A stretch of DNA of 64,000 bases from Bacteroidota bacterium (GTDB taxonomy: Bacteria; Bacteroidota; Bacteroidia; AKYH767-A; OLB10): contig JADJPB010000001.1 of assembly GCA_016713445.1 (NCBI GenBank), forward strand, positions 449,000-512,999, in the 5' to 3' direction. Positions 28,562 through 40,192 of this stretch are shown one piece after another. The position numbers were made by a program, and so were the translations under genes. The number at the start of each line of letters is the position of its first letter. The first letter of the stretch is position 1. The notes beneath the pieces were generated by a model. That model searched no databases and had not been told where the DNA came from. It was given only the letters and a program-made list of their open reading frames with translations.

Positions 28562-29212
28562 TCAACGAGCTTTATCACTCAACATCGGCACAAACCTGAA
28601 CTTATCCATTTCTATCACCTCCGTTTCCCCATTCGATTTCTTCAACACGATGGTCATCGTTTGTTCTGCTAAGGGCCCCACCGGAATAATCATCATCCCT
28701 CCTGGCTTCAACTGCTCCACCAAGTTCATCGGGATCATTTCCGCACCGCAGGTAACGATGATTTTATCAAACGGCGCAAAGGCTGGTAATCCTTTAAACC
28801 CATCTCCATAAAAAGTTTTTACCGAAACATAATTCAAGGAATCGAGCAGTTTTCTTGTGCCTTCATGCAAAGGTTTGTGACGCTCAATACTAAAAACCTT
28901 GGCGCCCATCTCGGCTAAAACTGCGGTTTGATAACCACTCCCCGTGCCTATTTCAAGCACTTTCTCTCCTTTTTTGGGATCTAAAAGCTGAGTTTGGTAG
29001 GCAACAGTGTACGGTTGTGAAATAGTTTGTCCACAAGCGATGGGAAATGCTTTGTCCTGATAAGCGTACTCTAAGAAGGCATTGTCCATGAATAAATGCC
29101 TCGGAACTTTTCCGATACTTTCAATAACTAATTCATTGTCAATACCTTTTTCTTTTAATTGTACAACTAATTGTCTCCTTAGTCCTTGGTGTCTAAACGT
29201 ATCCTGTAACAT
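28562..29212 (-). CDS. pcm: protein-L-isoaspartate O-methyltransferase
   Basis: ISQPY and the SAM motif VLEIGTGSGYQTA are present. The ORF track starts at a TTG (29260), but the internal Met giving MLQDTFRHQGLR.. (about 29212, +/-1) is the likelier start. Confidence 0.85.
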   Translation of the reverse strand: MLQDTFRHQGLRRQLVVQLKEKGIDNELVIESIGKVPRHLFMDNAFLEYAYQDKAFPIACGQTISQPYTVAYQTQLLDPKKGEKVLEIGTGSGYQTAVLAEMGAKVFSIERHKPLHEGTRKLLDSLNYVSVKTFYGDGFKGLPAFAPFDKIIVTCGAEMIPMNLVEQLKPGGMMIIPVGPLAEQTMTIVLKKSNGETEVIEMDKFRFVPMLSDKAR

Positions 29213-29327
29213 CTGAAGCAAAAATAAGAAGGATAAAGAGTAATAATTTTGCAAGAACAATAAATTCCTCTCAGTTTTTCAACAGTTCACTCGCAAAAAA
29301 GGGATAATTTTGCAGAAAATTTCCAGC

Positions 29328-30317
29328 ATGTTGAAGATAGGTGTTTTAGGTGCAGGGCATCTAGGAAAGATTCATATTAAGCAAATCCAAAGCCTTCCTG
29401 AGGTGTATCAGTTGATAGGATTCTATGATCAGAATCCAGAAACGGCAGCTAAGGTGGAAGCTGAATTAGGTGCGAAGGCCTATGCTTCTATGGATGATTT
29501 AATTCAAGCCGTGGATGTGGTGGATGTGGTAACACCTACCCTCAATCATTTTGATTGTGCAAGTAAGGCCTTGCGTGCGTCGAAGCATGTGTTTGTTGAA
29601 AAGCCATTGGCGAATACGATTCAAGAAGCGAAGGATTTGATTCAGCTCGCGAAGGAAGCAGCGATGAAGGTGCAAGTGGGACATGTAGAAAGATTTAATC
29701 CGGCCTTTAAAGCAGCGGTTCCTTATTTAAATCAACCCTTGTTTATCGAGACCCATCGTTTGGCACAGTTTAATCCTCGTGGGACCGATGTGTCGGTAGT
29801 GCTGGATTTGATGATTCACGACATCGATATTGTTTTGTCGGTGGTGAAGTCATCGGTGAAGAAAATTAGTACATCAGGAGTTGCTGTGGTGAGTGATACA
29901 CCCGATATTGCCAATGCTCGTATCGAGTTCGACAATGGTTGTGTCGCGAACTTAACTGCAAGCCGTATTTCACTTAAAAATATGCGCAAGAGTCGTTTCT
30001 TCCAGCGCGATGCCTATATTTCTGTTGATTTTTTCAAACGCTCTACCGAGGTCGTTCGACTAAAGGAAGTGGAGGGGGATCCTGATCCATTGGCCGTTTT
30101 ATTAGAGCTGGGTGAAGGAAAGCCTACGAAGCAGATTTACTTTGAGAATCCAAAAGTGGATGAAAGCAATGCCATTCAGGAAGAGCTACTTTCATTTGCC
30201 AATGCTATCAATGATGATAAATTACCTTTGGTTGATATTGAAGATGGCTTTGCTGCGTTACAGATAGCACATCAAATTGCAGATAAGTTAAAAATGTTGC
30301 CATCAATGGTTTTGTAA
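29328..30317 (+). CDS. Gfo/Idh/MocA-family NAD(P)-dependent oxidoreductase
   Basis: A Rossmann N-terminus MLKIGVLGAGHLGKIH and EKPLA are present. The likely start is ATG at 29328. Confidence 0.8.
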   Translation: MLKIGVLGAGHLGKIHIKQIQSLPEVYQLIGFYDQNPETAAKVEAELGAKAYASMDDLIQAVDVVDVVTPTLNHFDCASKALRASKHVFVEKPLANTIQEAKDLIQLAKEAAMKVQVGHVERFNPAFKAAVPYLNQPLFIETHRLAQFNPRGTDVSVVLDLMIHDIDIVLSVVKSSVKKISTSGVAVVSDTPDIANARIEFDNGCVANLTASRISLKNMRKSRFFQRDAYISVDFFKRSTEVVRLKEVEGDPDPLAVLLELGEGKPTKQIYFENPKVDESNAIQEELLSFANAINDDKLPLVDIEDGFAALQIAHQIADKLKMLPSMVL

Positions 30318-30346
30318 TTGGGAAGTCTTATAAAAAACAAATTTCT

Positions 30347-31228
30347 ATGATTCAAATGAAAAGGGTATTGCTTAAAATACTGTTTGTCGCAGTCGTCATT
30401 ACTGGATCTGGTAGTAATTTAAGTAACCCTGACGAACCAATACCAGCTTACCTCGAAGTGAAAGGAATTTCGGTAAGTTCAAATTATACGACACAAGGAA
30501 CTGCATCGAGTAATGTCAAAGATGTTTGGGTGTATGTTGGTGGATCATATCTTGGAACCTTTGAATTGCCCGCTCGGATTCCGATCTTATTAGAGGGAAA
30601 ACATAAAATCTCTTTAGGAGCAGGAATAAAGGCAAATGGCATTTCATCGACAAGCGAATTCTATAATCTGTATAAGTTTCATGATATTGAAGTGGATTTA
30701 ATACCAGGCAAAATAGCGGTTGTTGATACCTTTACAGTAAGTTATTTCCCGGCTTTGCAGTATACATGGTTCGAAGATTTTGAACAAGATACCAGTGGTG
30801 GAGGTATAAGTTTGGATACAACAGGCATTAGTCTGGCCGAAATATTCACCGATTCAGTGGAGGTGTTTGAAGGGAAGCGTAGCTTGAGAATGTTGGTGGA
30901 TACAGCTCGGAATTTTTTAGAGTGTCGAACAATAAATAGCGGGTATACATTACCAAAAGGTAGAGATGTTTATTTGGAAATGGATTACAAATGCTCAGAT
31001 CCTTTTATCATGGGATTGATTGGTGTTACCATTAATGGAGAACGATTAATTCCTATTATTCGTCTCAATCCAAAGTCTGATTGGAATAAGATTTATGTTC
31101 GACTTGGACCTTATGTGAATTTTAATTTTGATGCCTATCTCTTTAAAGTGTATTTCCGGCTTGCTTTAAATGCAGGAAAAACAGAAAGTGTAGTATATCT
31201 CGACAATCTGAAGTTGATTTCGAATTGA
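30347..31228 (+). CDS. hypothetical secreted/lipoprotein-like protein
   Basis: 293-aa ORF with a hydrophobic N-terminus. Its stop overlaps the start of the downstream sugar-transferase gene (ATGA). Confidence 0.55.
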   Translation: MIQMKRVLLKILFVAVVITGSGSNLSNPDEPIPAYLEVKGISVSSNYTTQGTASSNVKDVWVYVGGSYLGTFELPARIPILLEGKHKISLGAGIKANGISSTSEFYNLYKFHDIEVDLIPGKIAVVDTFTVSYFPALQYTWFEDFEQDTSGGGISLDTTGISLAEIFTDSVEVFEGKRSLRMLVDTARNFLECRTINSGYTLPKGRDVYLEMDYKCSDPFIMGLIGVTINGERLIPIIRLNPKSDWNKIYVRLGPYVNFNFDAYLFKVYFRLALNAGKTESVVYLDNLKLISN

Positions 31229-32638
31229 TGAATAAACCCCGTCAAATAATTAAGTATGTCATCGCTGATCTTTTGTCGGCTATGTTCGCGTGGGCTTTAT
31301 TTTATTATTATCGTAAAATAGGAATTGAGTCGGCTTTGTATGGCGATCATCTCCCCTTTCAGCCCGACAAAAATTTCTATTTAGGGATTACGGTGCTTCC
31401 GATCGCTTGGGTGGGAATCTATGCCTTGGTTGGTACCTATAATGATATCTACAGGAAATCGAGGTTGCGTGAATTTGGACAAACCTTATACGTATCGTTG
31501 ATAGGAGTTCTTATTATTTTCTTTTCACTATTATTAGATGATGTTATCGTGTCTTATAAGAGCTATTACAATATCTTTTTTGTCTTATTCTTCTTGCAAT
31601 TTGGAATTACCTCGATGGTTCGCTTTTTTATTACAAACCCATACCGCACGTAAAATAAAAAGTCGGCAATTGATTTCCTACGCTCATCATCGGAAGTAGT
31701 GAGCGGGCGGTAAACCTCTTCAAAGAGTATGAGGCCGAGAAACTAAGTTTGGGATATAAATTTATTGGCTTTATACATGTTGATCATAACAACGGTAAAT
31801 ACTTGGCGACCTTCTCCGCACTTAGGTGGAATTGAAGATCTTACTCAAATTATAGATGCGGATAAAATTGAAGAGGTGATCATTGCTATCGAATCTTCGG
31901 AGCATGAATTTATCGGTAGAATCATCAATGAATTGGAAGATAAAGATGTCATCATCAAAATCATTCCCGATATGTACGATATCCTTGCAGGGACTGTTAA
32001 GATGACTTCTATTTTCGGATCTCCTCATTATCATCAATCCCTCCTTGATGCCGGTTTTGGCAACAATCTTTGAAAAGGATTTTGGATATTCTAGTTTACC
32101 TTTCTTTTTGATGTTATTGAGTCCGGTATATGTAATTACCTCTATCATCATTAAAACAACTTCTCGTGGTCCGATCTTCTTCGCGCAAGAGCGAATTGGC
32201 TTGCATGGAAATCCATTCACCATCTATAAGTTTCGATCGATGTTTGTAGGTGCTGAAAAGGGAACGCCGATGTTATCCAGCGACAATGACAATCGCATTA
32301 CTCCCGTTGGAAGGTTTATGCGCGGCATTCGTCTGGATGAAATCCCACAATTTTACAATGTCCTCATTGGTGATATGTCACTCGTAGGACCGCGTCCAGA
32401 GCGCCAATTCTTCATCGACCAAATCATGCAACGCGCACCACATTACCGCCACTTGCATAAAGTACGTCCCGGCATCACCAGCTGGGGACAAGTTAAGTAT
32501 GGGTATGCTGAAAATGTAGAGGAGATGATTCATCGCTTGAAATACGATATCATCTACATCGAAAATATGTCATTGTCGTTGGATTTTAAAATCCTTTTTT
32601 ATACGATCAAAACTGTATTACAGAGAAGCGGGAAGTAG
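31225..32638 (+). pseudogene. polyprenyl-phosphate glycosyl-1-phosphate transferase (WbaP/WcaJ-like bacterial sugar transferase), at least 4 frameshifts
   Basis: The C-terminal fragment has the bacterial sugar transferase signature (GPIFFAQERIG..G..F.IYKFRSM ... DEIPQFYNVLIGDMSLVGPRPE). An N-terminal TM fragment and a central CoA-binding-like fragment (KFIGFIHVD.., IIAIES) lie in other frames. Confidence 0.8.
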
Positions 32639-32668
32639 CTGCTGGCTTCTGGCTGCTAGCTGCTAGAA
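32635..32668. repeat. left arm of an inverted-repeat pair (gctRgMa word family)
   Basis: gtagctgctggcttctggctgctagctgctagaa starts in the stop codon of the sugar-transferase gene and is complementary to 32936-32967. Confidence 0.8.
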
Positions 32669-32935
32669 TTTATTTTTTTTATTCTGTTTTGATTAAAGGT
32701 CATATTGTAACTAAACTCTTTCTCGATTGCAAAAAAACTCTGTGGTTCTCAGTGTGACTTTTGTGTCTCAGTGGTAAAAGTTGTTTTTATAAAAACCGAA
32801 ATCGTTTTTCTATCAATGAATCTTGTTTAGCACGGGGTGGAACTCTTGACGAGTTAAGTGTAAAGCGGTTACGCGGAGGGTTCAAGGGTCTAAATATTAA
32901 TTTTCGGAGGTGAATTTAATTCGTTTCGAAAAAAA

Positions 32936-32967
32936 CTAGAAGCTAGAAGCTAGCAGCCAGAAGCTAC
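32936..32967. repeat. right arm of the inverted-repeat pair
   Basis: ctagaagctagaagctagcagccagaagctac ends in the recF stop codon. Confidence 0.8.
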
Positions 32968-34051
32968 CTCCTGCATGGAAACACCGTCAAGGGAAACCCT
33001 ATCGTTTCAAACACCGACTTTACGTGTTCTTCCTGCGTATCGGTAATAAATAATTGCCCGAAGGTTTCTTTGCTCACTAATTCCATCAATCGAGTGATGC
33101 GATTGATATCAAGCTTATCGAAAATATCATCAAGCAATAAAATGGGTTTTAGTCCGCACGCTGATTTGATAATTTGAAATTGAGCCAGCTTCAATGCTAA
33201 GATCACCGATTTCTGTTGGCCTTGCGATCCGACTCTCTTTACGGGATGATCATTCAATGTAAATTGTAAATCGTCTTTGTGAATGCCTGTGGAGGTGTAT
33301 TGCAGTGCTAAATCTTTTTGAAGAGATTTACTCAACAAGTTTTCCATATTTTCCTTTTCCAAGCTGCTCACATAATCAATATTCGCAGCTTCTTTTTCTT
33401 GAGTTAGGTAAGAATAGGACTCCCGAAAAAGGGGTAAGAAATTCTTGACAAATTCCTTTCTGGCATCGTACACTTTATGACCGTATCCTGCTAGTTGTTC
33501 GTCCCACACTTGCCACATAGAAGCGTCGGTAAACGAGCCTCGGGCGGTTTGTTTGAGCAAGGCATTGCGTTGTTGTAAAACGCGATTGTAAGCGATTAAA
33601 TCATCCAAATAGTTATGATCATATTGACAAATGATGCTATCCATCAATTTACGTCGCTCTTCACTCCCACCAATAATTAATTCTTGATCAATGGGTGCTT
33701 CCATCACCACAGGCAATAAAAACCAATATGATCACCCAAACGAGGATACTCTTTTTGATTTCTCTTGATGGTTTTCTTTTGTCCACTTTTCACAACCACC
33801 AATATTTCTTCTTCTTTCTCGTTCAATTCAAATGAACCTTTGATCGAAAAAAAAGATTCTCCATGCCGAATGGAATGAGTATCACTTGAATTGAAATACG
33901 ATTTGCAGAGGCATAAATAATAGATAGCGTCTAAAATATTTGTTTTTCCGCTTCCGTTATTGCCTGTAAAAGCGTTAACTCCCTCAGCAAAAGTAAGTTC
34001 GGCTTCGCTGTAATTCTTGAAATTGAAGAGAGTTAGACTTTTTAAAAACAT
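32964..34051 (-). pseudogene. recF: DNA replication/repair protein RecF, one frameshift (about 33704-33716)
   Basis: The N-terminal fragment has Walker A GNNGSGKTNILDAIY. The C-terminal fragment has the signature SQGQQKS and Walker B LLLDDIFDKLD. Confidence 0.9.
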
Positions 34052-34215
34052 TCCTCAAAAATAGTGGCTAATTGATCAATTCCTTTAATTTGTACTACTA
34101 ATTTATTTATTTTTTTCAGATGTGATTGATGGCTTGGTCTAAATTAATTCCAACCAATTTATGGAATGGAAAAGATGAATGCATCTCTGCCCCTGAAAAA
34201 TTAAAAGCGAAAACT

Positions 34216-35812
34216 ATGAAGAATACATTTCGAATGCTCGTTATCTTGCTCGTTACCACCAGTAGTGTTCAAGCACAAGAGCCCATCTGGATTTCGAATT
34301 CAGAAGTGAAAGAAGTAAAAATTTATCAATCGGGAGCGATGGTTTCCCGAACTGCAAAGGCCAACTTAAGTGCTGGACTACAAGAAGTCGTTATAGATGG
34401 CTTATCACCATACATTAATCCCCAGAGTATCATTTTAAAGGGCACGGGTGATGCCACTATTTTAGCGGTTTCCTTTCAGCAAAATTATCTAACCGAACAA
34501 AAGAAATCGAGGGAAATCGTCCATCTAGAAGAAGACCTCGATTCGCTAAATAATCGATTGCAACAAATAAAAAATAGAAATGTTGCGTTGACTGAAGCAC
34601 AAAATTTACTCTTAGCCAACAAAGCTATTGGTGGTGCAACGAACGGGGTTGTGGTAGATGAATTAGAACTTGTTCTCGATTATTTTTTAAAGAAAATGAG
34701 TGAGTTGAAAGAGGAGCAACTAGCCTCTGTGGGTAAAGAGAAAAAGTTGAACGATCAAATTAAAAAGTTGCAACAACAGTTAAATGTGATTCAGTCTACT
34801 GAAATATTATTGTTAAGGTAAATGTAAACGCAAAAACAAATTCCAATTTCTGAATTCAGTTATGTCATTTCAAATAATGTTTCATGGTATCCTTTTTACG
34901 ATGAAGTGAAAGATGTAAATTCTCCTGCCGAATTAATTTACAAAGCTAAAGTAAGCCAAAGTACAGGCGAAGATTGGAATCAAGTAAAAATTGGATTGAG
35001 TACGGGAAATCCATCTATCGGAAACGATCGTCCGCAAATGAGTCCTTGGTTTTTAAATTTCTACCAGCCGTATCATCAGCTGCAAGGAGTTCGATCTAAA
35101 TCGATGGAATTAAGACAAGTACCTGGAGTCGTGAATTCTGGATATGCAGCAGATGAAAGTGTAAAAGAAATGACCACAATCCCTGTCATGATGAATGAAA
35201 ATCAATTGTCAACTAGTTTCGATATTCAAGGGGCCTACTCTATTCCATCTGACGGACAAGAATATCAAGTAGAAGTTCAAAAGTTCACTTTAAAATCGAC
35301 GTATAATTATGTTGTGACTTCCTAAACTAGACGGAGATGCATTCTTAACAGCATCGGTTACCGGTTGGGAAGAGTTGAGTTTGAGTCCGGGTGGAGCCAA
35401 TGTTTATTTTGATGGTGCATTTGTAGGAGAATCGTTCATCAATCCTGCCGAAACCAGCGACACTTTGGAAATCTCATTAGGTCGAGACAAACGCATCGTT
35501 ATGAAACGTGAAAAGTTAAAAGATATCAGTGGAAATAAATTCTTCGGCGGAAATAAGGAACGTACGCTAGCCTTCGACATCAGTGTGAAAAATGGGAAGA
35601 AAGAAGCCGTAACGATGGTTTTATACGATCAAGTACCCTTAAGTAATCAGAAAGACATTGAAGTGAAAATTGAAGAGATGAGCGGTGCAGAATACAATTC
35701 CGAAACTGGAGAAATAAAATGGATGCTTACATTAGCTCCAGGTGAAACCGTTAAAAAGAGATTGGCGTTTAAGGTGAAATATCCAAAAGACAAACAAATT
35801 ATGGGCTTGTAA
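34216..35812 (+). pseudogene. DUF4139/mucoidy-inhibitor-like secreted protein, at least 2 frameshifts
   Basis: A signal peptide MKNTFRMLVILLVTTSSVQAQ is followed by three consecutive fragments in different frames. A coiled-coil middle and a C-terminal beta-rich part (..VTMVLYDQVPLS..IEV..) are typical of this family. The call is from memory, not a search. Confidence 0.6.
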
Positions 35813-35849
35813 AAAAATGTTGGCTTCAAGTGACTCAGCCAACATTTTT
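35813..35849. terminator. perfect 12-bp hairpin (aaaaatgttggc / gccaacattttt), bidirectional-terminator-like
   Basis: Read directly, immediately after the stop at 35812. A second small hairpin with a T run lies at about 35891-35918. Confidence 0.6.
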
Positions 35850-36195
35850 AACGCTGCCTGAGGAAACTCGCGGGTAACATGATAGAGAAAGGGCAGGATG
35901 AAAATTCTGCCTTTTTTTATTCTCTTCAACCAGCCTTTAGGATTTTTGAACGCGGATAAAACGGATCAATAGGATTGGCGCGGATTAATTCATATTCAAA
36001 TAAAAGTCTCAGTGCACTAAAGTGACCTCTTGTGCTCTTGTGTTGAAAAAGCAATAGTCGAAGTGTGATTTTTAAATAAGGAATAAACAATCTAGAAGCT
36101 AGCAGCTTGAAGCTAGCAGCAAAAACATGATGTAGCAAAAAGTAATATGTAGCTAAGATTTCAATGCTTCTAAAAACTATATCAAAGCTCGTAGC

Positions 36196-36519
36196 TCACC
36201 GCATGAATAAAACACGGACTCTGCTTACCTCTTCCACTTTCCCATCGGCATGTTCTATTTTTAACTTCACACGCTGACCTTTCTTATAATTTTCCATCAC
36301 CACGCGCAATCCATCGGGAGAAAGTGCTCCTTTAATCTTTTCTCCGGTTTGCTCATAGCGTAATTCATCAATCGACTTTACAGGTTCTTCTAATTGGAAT
36401 TGATATTGGCGAAATTGATCGGGCATAAAATCGTATCGGCCTTTTAAACTTTGTGCTTGAATAGCATGGTTTAAGGCAATAAATAGTAAAAAAGATAAAG
36501 CGAAAATGATTTTCTTCAT
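36196..36519 (-). CDS. hypothetical small secreted protein
   Basis: 107 aa with signal-like MKKIIFALSFLLFIALNHAIQAQ. Confidence 0.55.
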   Translation of the reverse strand: MKKIIFALSFLLFIALNHAIQAQSLKGRYDFMPDQFRQYQFQLEEPVKSIDELRYEQTGEKIKGALSPDGLRVVMENYKKGQRVKLKIEHADGKVEEVSRVRVLFMR

Positions 36520-36658
36520 TGGTCTAAGTTATGAAATTAATTTTTATTGAACATTTTCTAGTGGATATTCATTCGTTTTTTATTTTTATGCGAAACAATT
36601 GGGATGAACGGATGTCATCCCGAACACTCTAGACAACGTATTTAATCTTTAAAAAATT

Positions 36659-37415
36659 ATGGCGCACGACATCGATTATCAAATAATTGGAGACGATATT
36701 CAAGTAGTAGAAGTAGAAATGGATCCCGGAGAAGCTGTTCGCGCGGAGGCTGGAGCCATGCTTTTTATGGAAGATGATATTGAAATGCAAACGAATACAG
36801 GAGGTGGAATTTTTAAAGGGTTGAAGCGGATGATCACAGGGGAAAGTTTTTTTATTACCAGTTTCACCAACAATGGAAATAGTAAACGGAAAATGGCATT
36901 TGCAGCGCCCTACCCAGGGAAAATCATTGCGATTAATCCAAAAGATTTTGGTGGCAAGTTTCTTTGTCAGAAAGATGGTTTTTTATGTGCAGCTCAGGGA
37001 ATCGAAATTAATATTGCTTTTACAAAACGTATTGGTGCGGGACTGTTTGGCGGAGAAGGATTTATCCTTCAGGAATTGTCGGTGACGGAAATACTTTTAT
37101 TCATGCTGGGGGAACCATCTTAAAAAGACAACTACTGCCTGGAGAAACGCTTCGTGTCGATACTGGCTGCCTAGTGGCTTTCGAGCCGTCTGTGCAATAC
37201 GACATTAAATTTATCGGTGGTTTTCGAAATTCACTCTTCGGCGGCGAAGGCTTGTTTTATGCTTTGATTAAAGGTCCGGGTTTGTGTACTTACAAAGCGT
37301 ACCTTTCTCTCGTATGGCCGATCGAATTGTTGCCGCATCTCGTGTTGGTGGCGGTAGAGAAGAATCCCGAGGGTTAGGTGGGGTGTTAGGTGGGATGATC
37401 AGTGGGAAAGAATAA
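36659..37415 (+). pseudogene. TIGR00266/AIM24 (DUF124) family protein, 2-3 frameshifts
   Basis: The fragments read MAHDIDYQIIGDDIQVVEVEMDPGEAVRAEAGAMLFM.. and ..GGEGFILQ.., ..FGGEGLFYALIKGPG... A Gly-rich tail (..SRGLGGVLGGMISGKE*) sits in a third frame. Confidence 0.7.
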
Positions 37416-37648
37416 CGCGAAATGCGAATGAACACGAAGGACGCGAAAAGCGAATGAACACGAAATGCGAAAAAGTGAATTTCGCACCGCTTCGCGATAT
37501 TATATTCTTGGTTTAATTAAATGTTAATTTTATATAGCAAGTTAATTAGCGAAGAATTAATTAACACCCATAATAGCAAATTTCGCATTTCGTGTTCATT
37601 CGCATTTCGCGTCATATCGCATTTTCGTGTTCATTCGCATTTCGCTTC
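37416..37648. repeat. ORF-less long-hairpin element (cgaaatgcgaatgaacac word family) with an AT-rich loop
   Basis: The left arm (37416-37500) and right arm (37577-37648) are imperfectly complementary over about 70 nt. The element starts right after the stop codon of the upstream gene. Confidence 0.85.
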
Positions 37649-37667
37649 AAATCAAATTTCGTAACTT

Positions 37668-38433
37668 CTAATTCTCAACCACAAGTCCATCGTACGCTAC
37701 TTTTATTCCATCCGGCAAACCGGCTTCCACCTCTGAATGCAAACCCATTTGGTGACTGAGGTGAATTAAAAAGCCTTGCTCTGGAGCGAAATATTTCATC
37801 ATTTGGATGGCTTCGTCGAGCGTGAAATGAGATACGTGAGGCTCTTTGCGAAGTGCATTTAAGACTAAATATTTGGAGCCGAAAATCTTGGAATGTTCTT
37901 CTTCGGGAATGGTTTTCGCGTCGGTGATGTAAGTGAAATCGCCAATACGGAATCCGAAGATTTCGAGTAAATAATGCTTTATTCGGATAGGCGTAAACGT
38001 GATGGTCCCAATTTGAAAAGGTTCGTTGATGATGGTATGTAAATTCAACTCGGGAACCCCTGGATATTTAATTGCATCAAAAGCATAATGGAACTCCCTT
38101 TTGATGGCATCCTGCACCTCCTTGGTTGCATAAATATCGACCGGTTTTTGATTGATATAATTGAATGCGCGGATATCATCCATCCCTGCAATATGATCTT
38201 TATGCTCGTGTGTAAATAGTAAGCCGTCGAGCTTCAAAACTCCTGCTCTTAGCATTTGCTGACGAAAATCAGGACCTGAATCGATCACAACGGTGGTATG
38301 TTCATCTTCCACCATGATGGAGGTGCGCAAGCGATTATCGCGGGGATCGGTGCTTTTACAGACCTCACAAGCACAAGCAATAACAGGAACACCCTGTGAT
38401 GTACCGGTGCCTAAAAAGGTGATCTTCAACAAG
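37668..38433 (-). CDS. MBL-fold metallo-hydrolase
   Basis: LKITFLGTGTSQGVP and the HxHxDH motif (FTHEHKDHIAG) are present. The probable TTG start near 38433 lies just after the stop of the upstream ORF; the ORF track extends to 38501. Confidence 0.8.
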
Positions 38434-38436
38434 GGA

Positions 38437-38817
38437 CTATGGGTTTGTAGGGTTTTCGAGGCTGTTCTGAGCAAGAATTTCTTCTGATGAGACTGCTTCA
38501 TCGGTCACCCCTAATTCATCGGGAGTCCCTGGAAACTCCTTATCAAAATTCAATTCGTCGCTTTGGATTTTATTTTTCAGTCCGATGGTCCTCAAATCTA
38601 CCTCGATGGTCTTGCTTTCAACAAGGCTTTGGATGATTTCCAACAAAGACTGTATTCTACTTTCCAAAACAGAAAACTTATTGATAACCACTACTTTCTT
38701 GTCTTCTAAGATGCAAAAGTTCGACTTGAAATTCCTTTTTCGTAGGCGTACATCATAACCAGAAGACTCCAATAACTCTTCTAGTTTCTTTAAATATGCG
38801 GGGGTAAATTTTGCCAT
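38437..38817 (-). CDS. hypothetical protein
   Basis: 126-aa ORF tightly coupled to the downstream MBL-fold gene. No motif recognised. Confidence 0.55.
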   Translation of the reverse strand: MAKFTPAYLKKLEELLESSGYDVRLRKRNFKSNFCILEDKKVVVINKFSVLESRIQSLLEIIQSLVESKTIEVDLRTIGLKNKIQSDELNFDKEFPGTPDELGVTDEAVSSEEILAQNSLENPTNP

Positions 38818-38977
38818 AGCTATTCTACAAAAGTCGTGATTTTTATACTCTGAACAAAAAAAAGAAGATTGTTAATTATTAACACTCGAAGTATTCAAAT
38901 TTTGGCTCTTTAATTCCTTCTTTTTATATTCCTTTGCACCACGAAATTATTTTCGGAATAAAACGAAATTCTTTACT

Positions 38978-40085
38978 ATGTTATTGGGTATCCCCTTAGA
39001 AACCAAAGAAAGAGAGTGTCGAGTAGCCCTCACTCCCGATATTTGTTCACAATTAATTGAAGCCGGTTTTCAAGTTCAACTTGAAAAAGGAGCCGGATTG
39101 AAGTCTTACTATCCTGACGATCAGTATATCGCCAAAGGTGTTAAAATTGTTGATGGCGCTTCCTCAATTTACTCCAGTTCGGATGTGGTATTGAAGGTAA
39201 ATGCTCCTTCCACCTCTGAAATTTCAGGAATGAAGAAAGGGGCCACCTTAATTTCATTTATGTGGGCCGGAACCAATCCTGAGTTAATTGAAAATTGCGC
39301 GAAGCAAGGTATCTCCGCTTTTTCGGTAGATGCGATTCCGCGTATATCGAGAGCACAGAAGATGGACGCGTTAAGTTCTCAAGCCAACTTAGCTGGATAC
39401 AAGAGTGTAATCATGGGAGCCAATGCTCTTGGAAAGATATTTCCGATGTTGATGACCGCTGCTGGTACAATTAAACCTTCAAAGGTGGTGATTTTTGGTG
39501 CTGGTGTGGCAGGACTCCAAGCGATTGCTACTGCAAAACGATTGGGATCCATCGTAGAAGTAACGGATATCCGCCCAGAAACAAAAGAGCAAGTAGAATC
39601 ATTAGGAGGGAAATTCATCATGGTAAGTGATGATGACTCTATCAAAATTGAAGGTGGATATGTGAAAGGGGTGTCAGATGAATTCTTGAAAAAACAACAA
39701 GAACTCGTTTCTAAACATGTTGCCACTGCAGATTTAGTAATCACCACCGCCCTCATCCCAGGAAGAAAAGCGCCTGTCCTCGTTACGGAAGACATGGTAA
39801 AAGCATGAAATACGGATCAGTCATCGTTGACATGGCCGTGGAGCAAGGTGGTAATTGTGTGTTAAGCGAGTTGAATGCAACGGTAGTGAAACATGGTGTA
39901 ACCATCATAGGAGAATCGAACATTCCTTTCTCCCTACCCTTAAACGCCAGCGATCTGTATGCAAAAACATACAAACATTCCTTCTCCATTTAGCCACCAA
40001 AGACGGGTTTAAATGGGAGATGGATGAAGAAATTACGAAAGGTTCCTTGTTGGTACATAATGGCGTTTCTACCGCTACGAAGTAA
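38978..40085 (+). pseudogene. pntAA: NAD(P) transhydrogenase subunit alpha part 1, two frameshifts near 39805-39990
   Basis: It is AlaDH/PNT-like: RVALTP, the NAD-binding site VVIFGAGVAGLQAIATAKRLG, then MKYGSVIVDMAVEQGGNC and ..VKHGVTIIGESNIP.. in shifted frames. Confidence 0.85.
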
Positions 40086-40122
40086 GTAGTAGCATAGTGA
40101 TACTTCTGCACGTACGAGTTGA

Positions 40123-40192
40123 ATTGCAAATTGGCAAGTTGGTGGGTTGATGAGTTGGTGGGTTGGTGGGTTGGTGAGTTGGTGGGTTAGTG
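40123..40192. repeat. left arm of the hairpin cassette: about 9 heptads of ttggtgRg
   Basis: Read directly: attgcaaattggcaagttggtgggttgatgagttggtgggttggtgggttggtgagttggtgggttagtg. It is complementary to 40771-40807. A related word occurs at 9667-9693. Confidence 0.85.
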
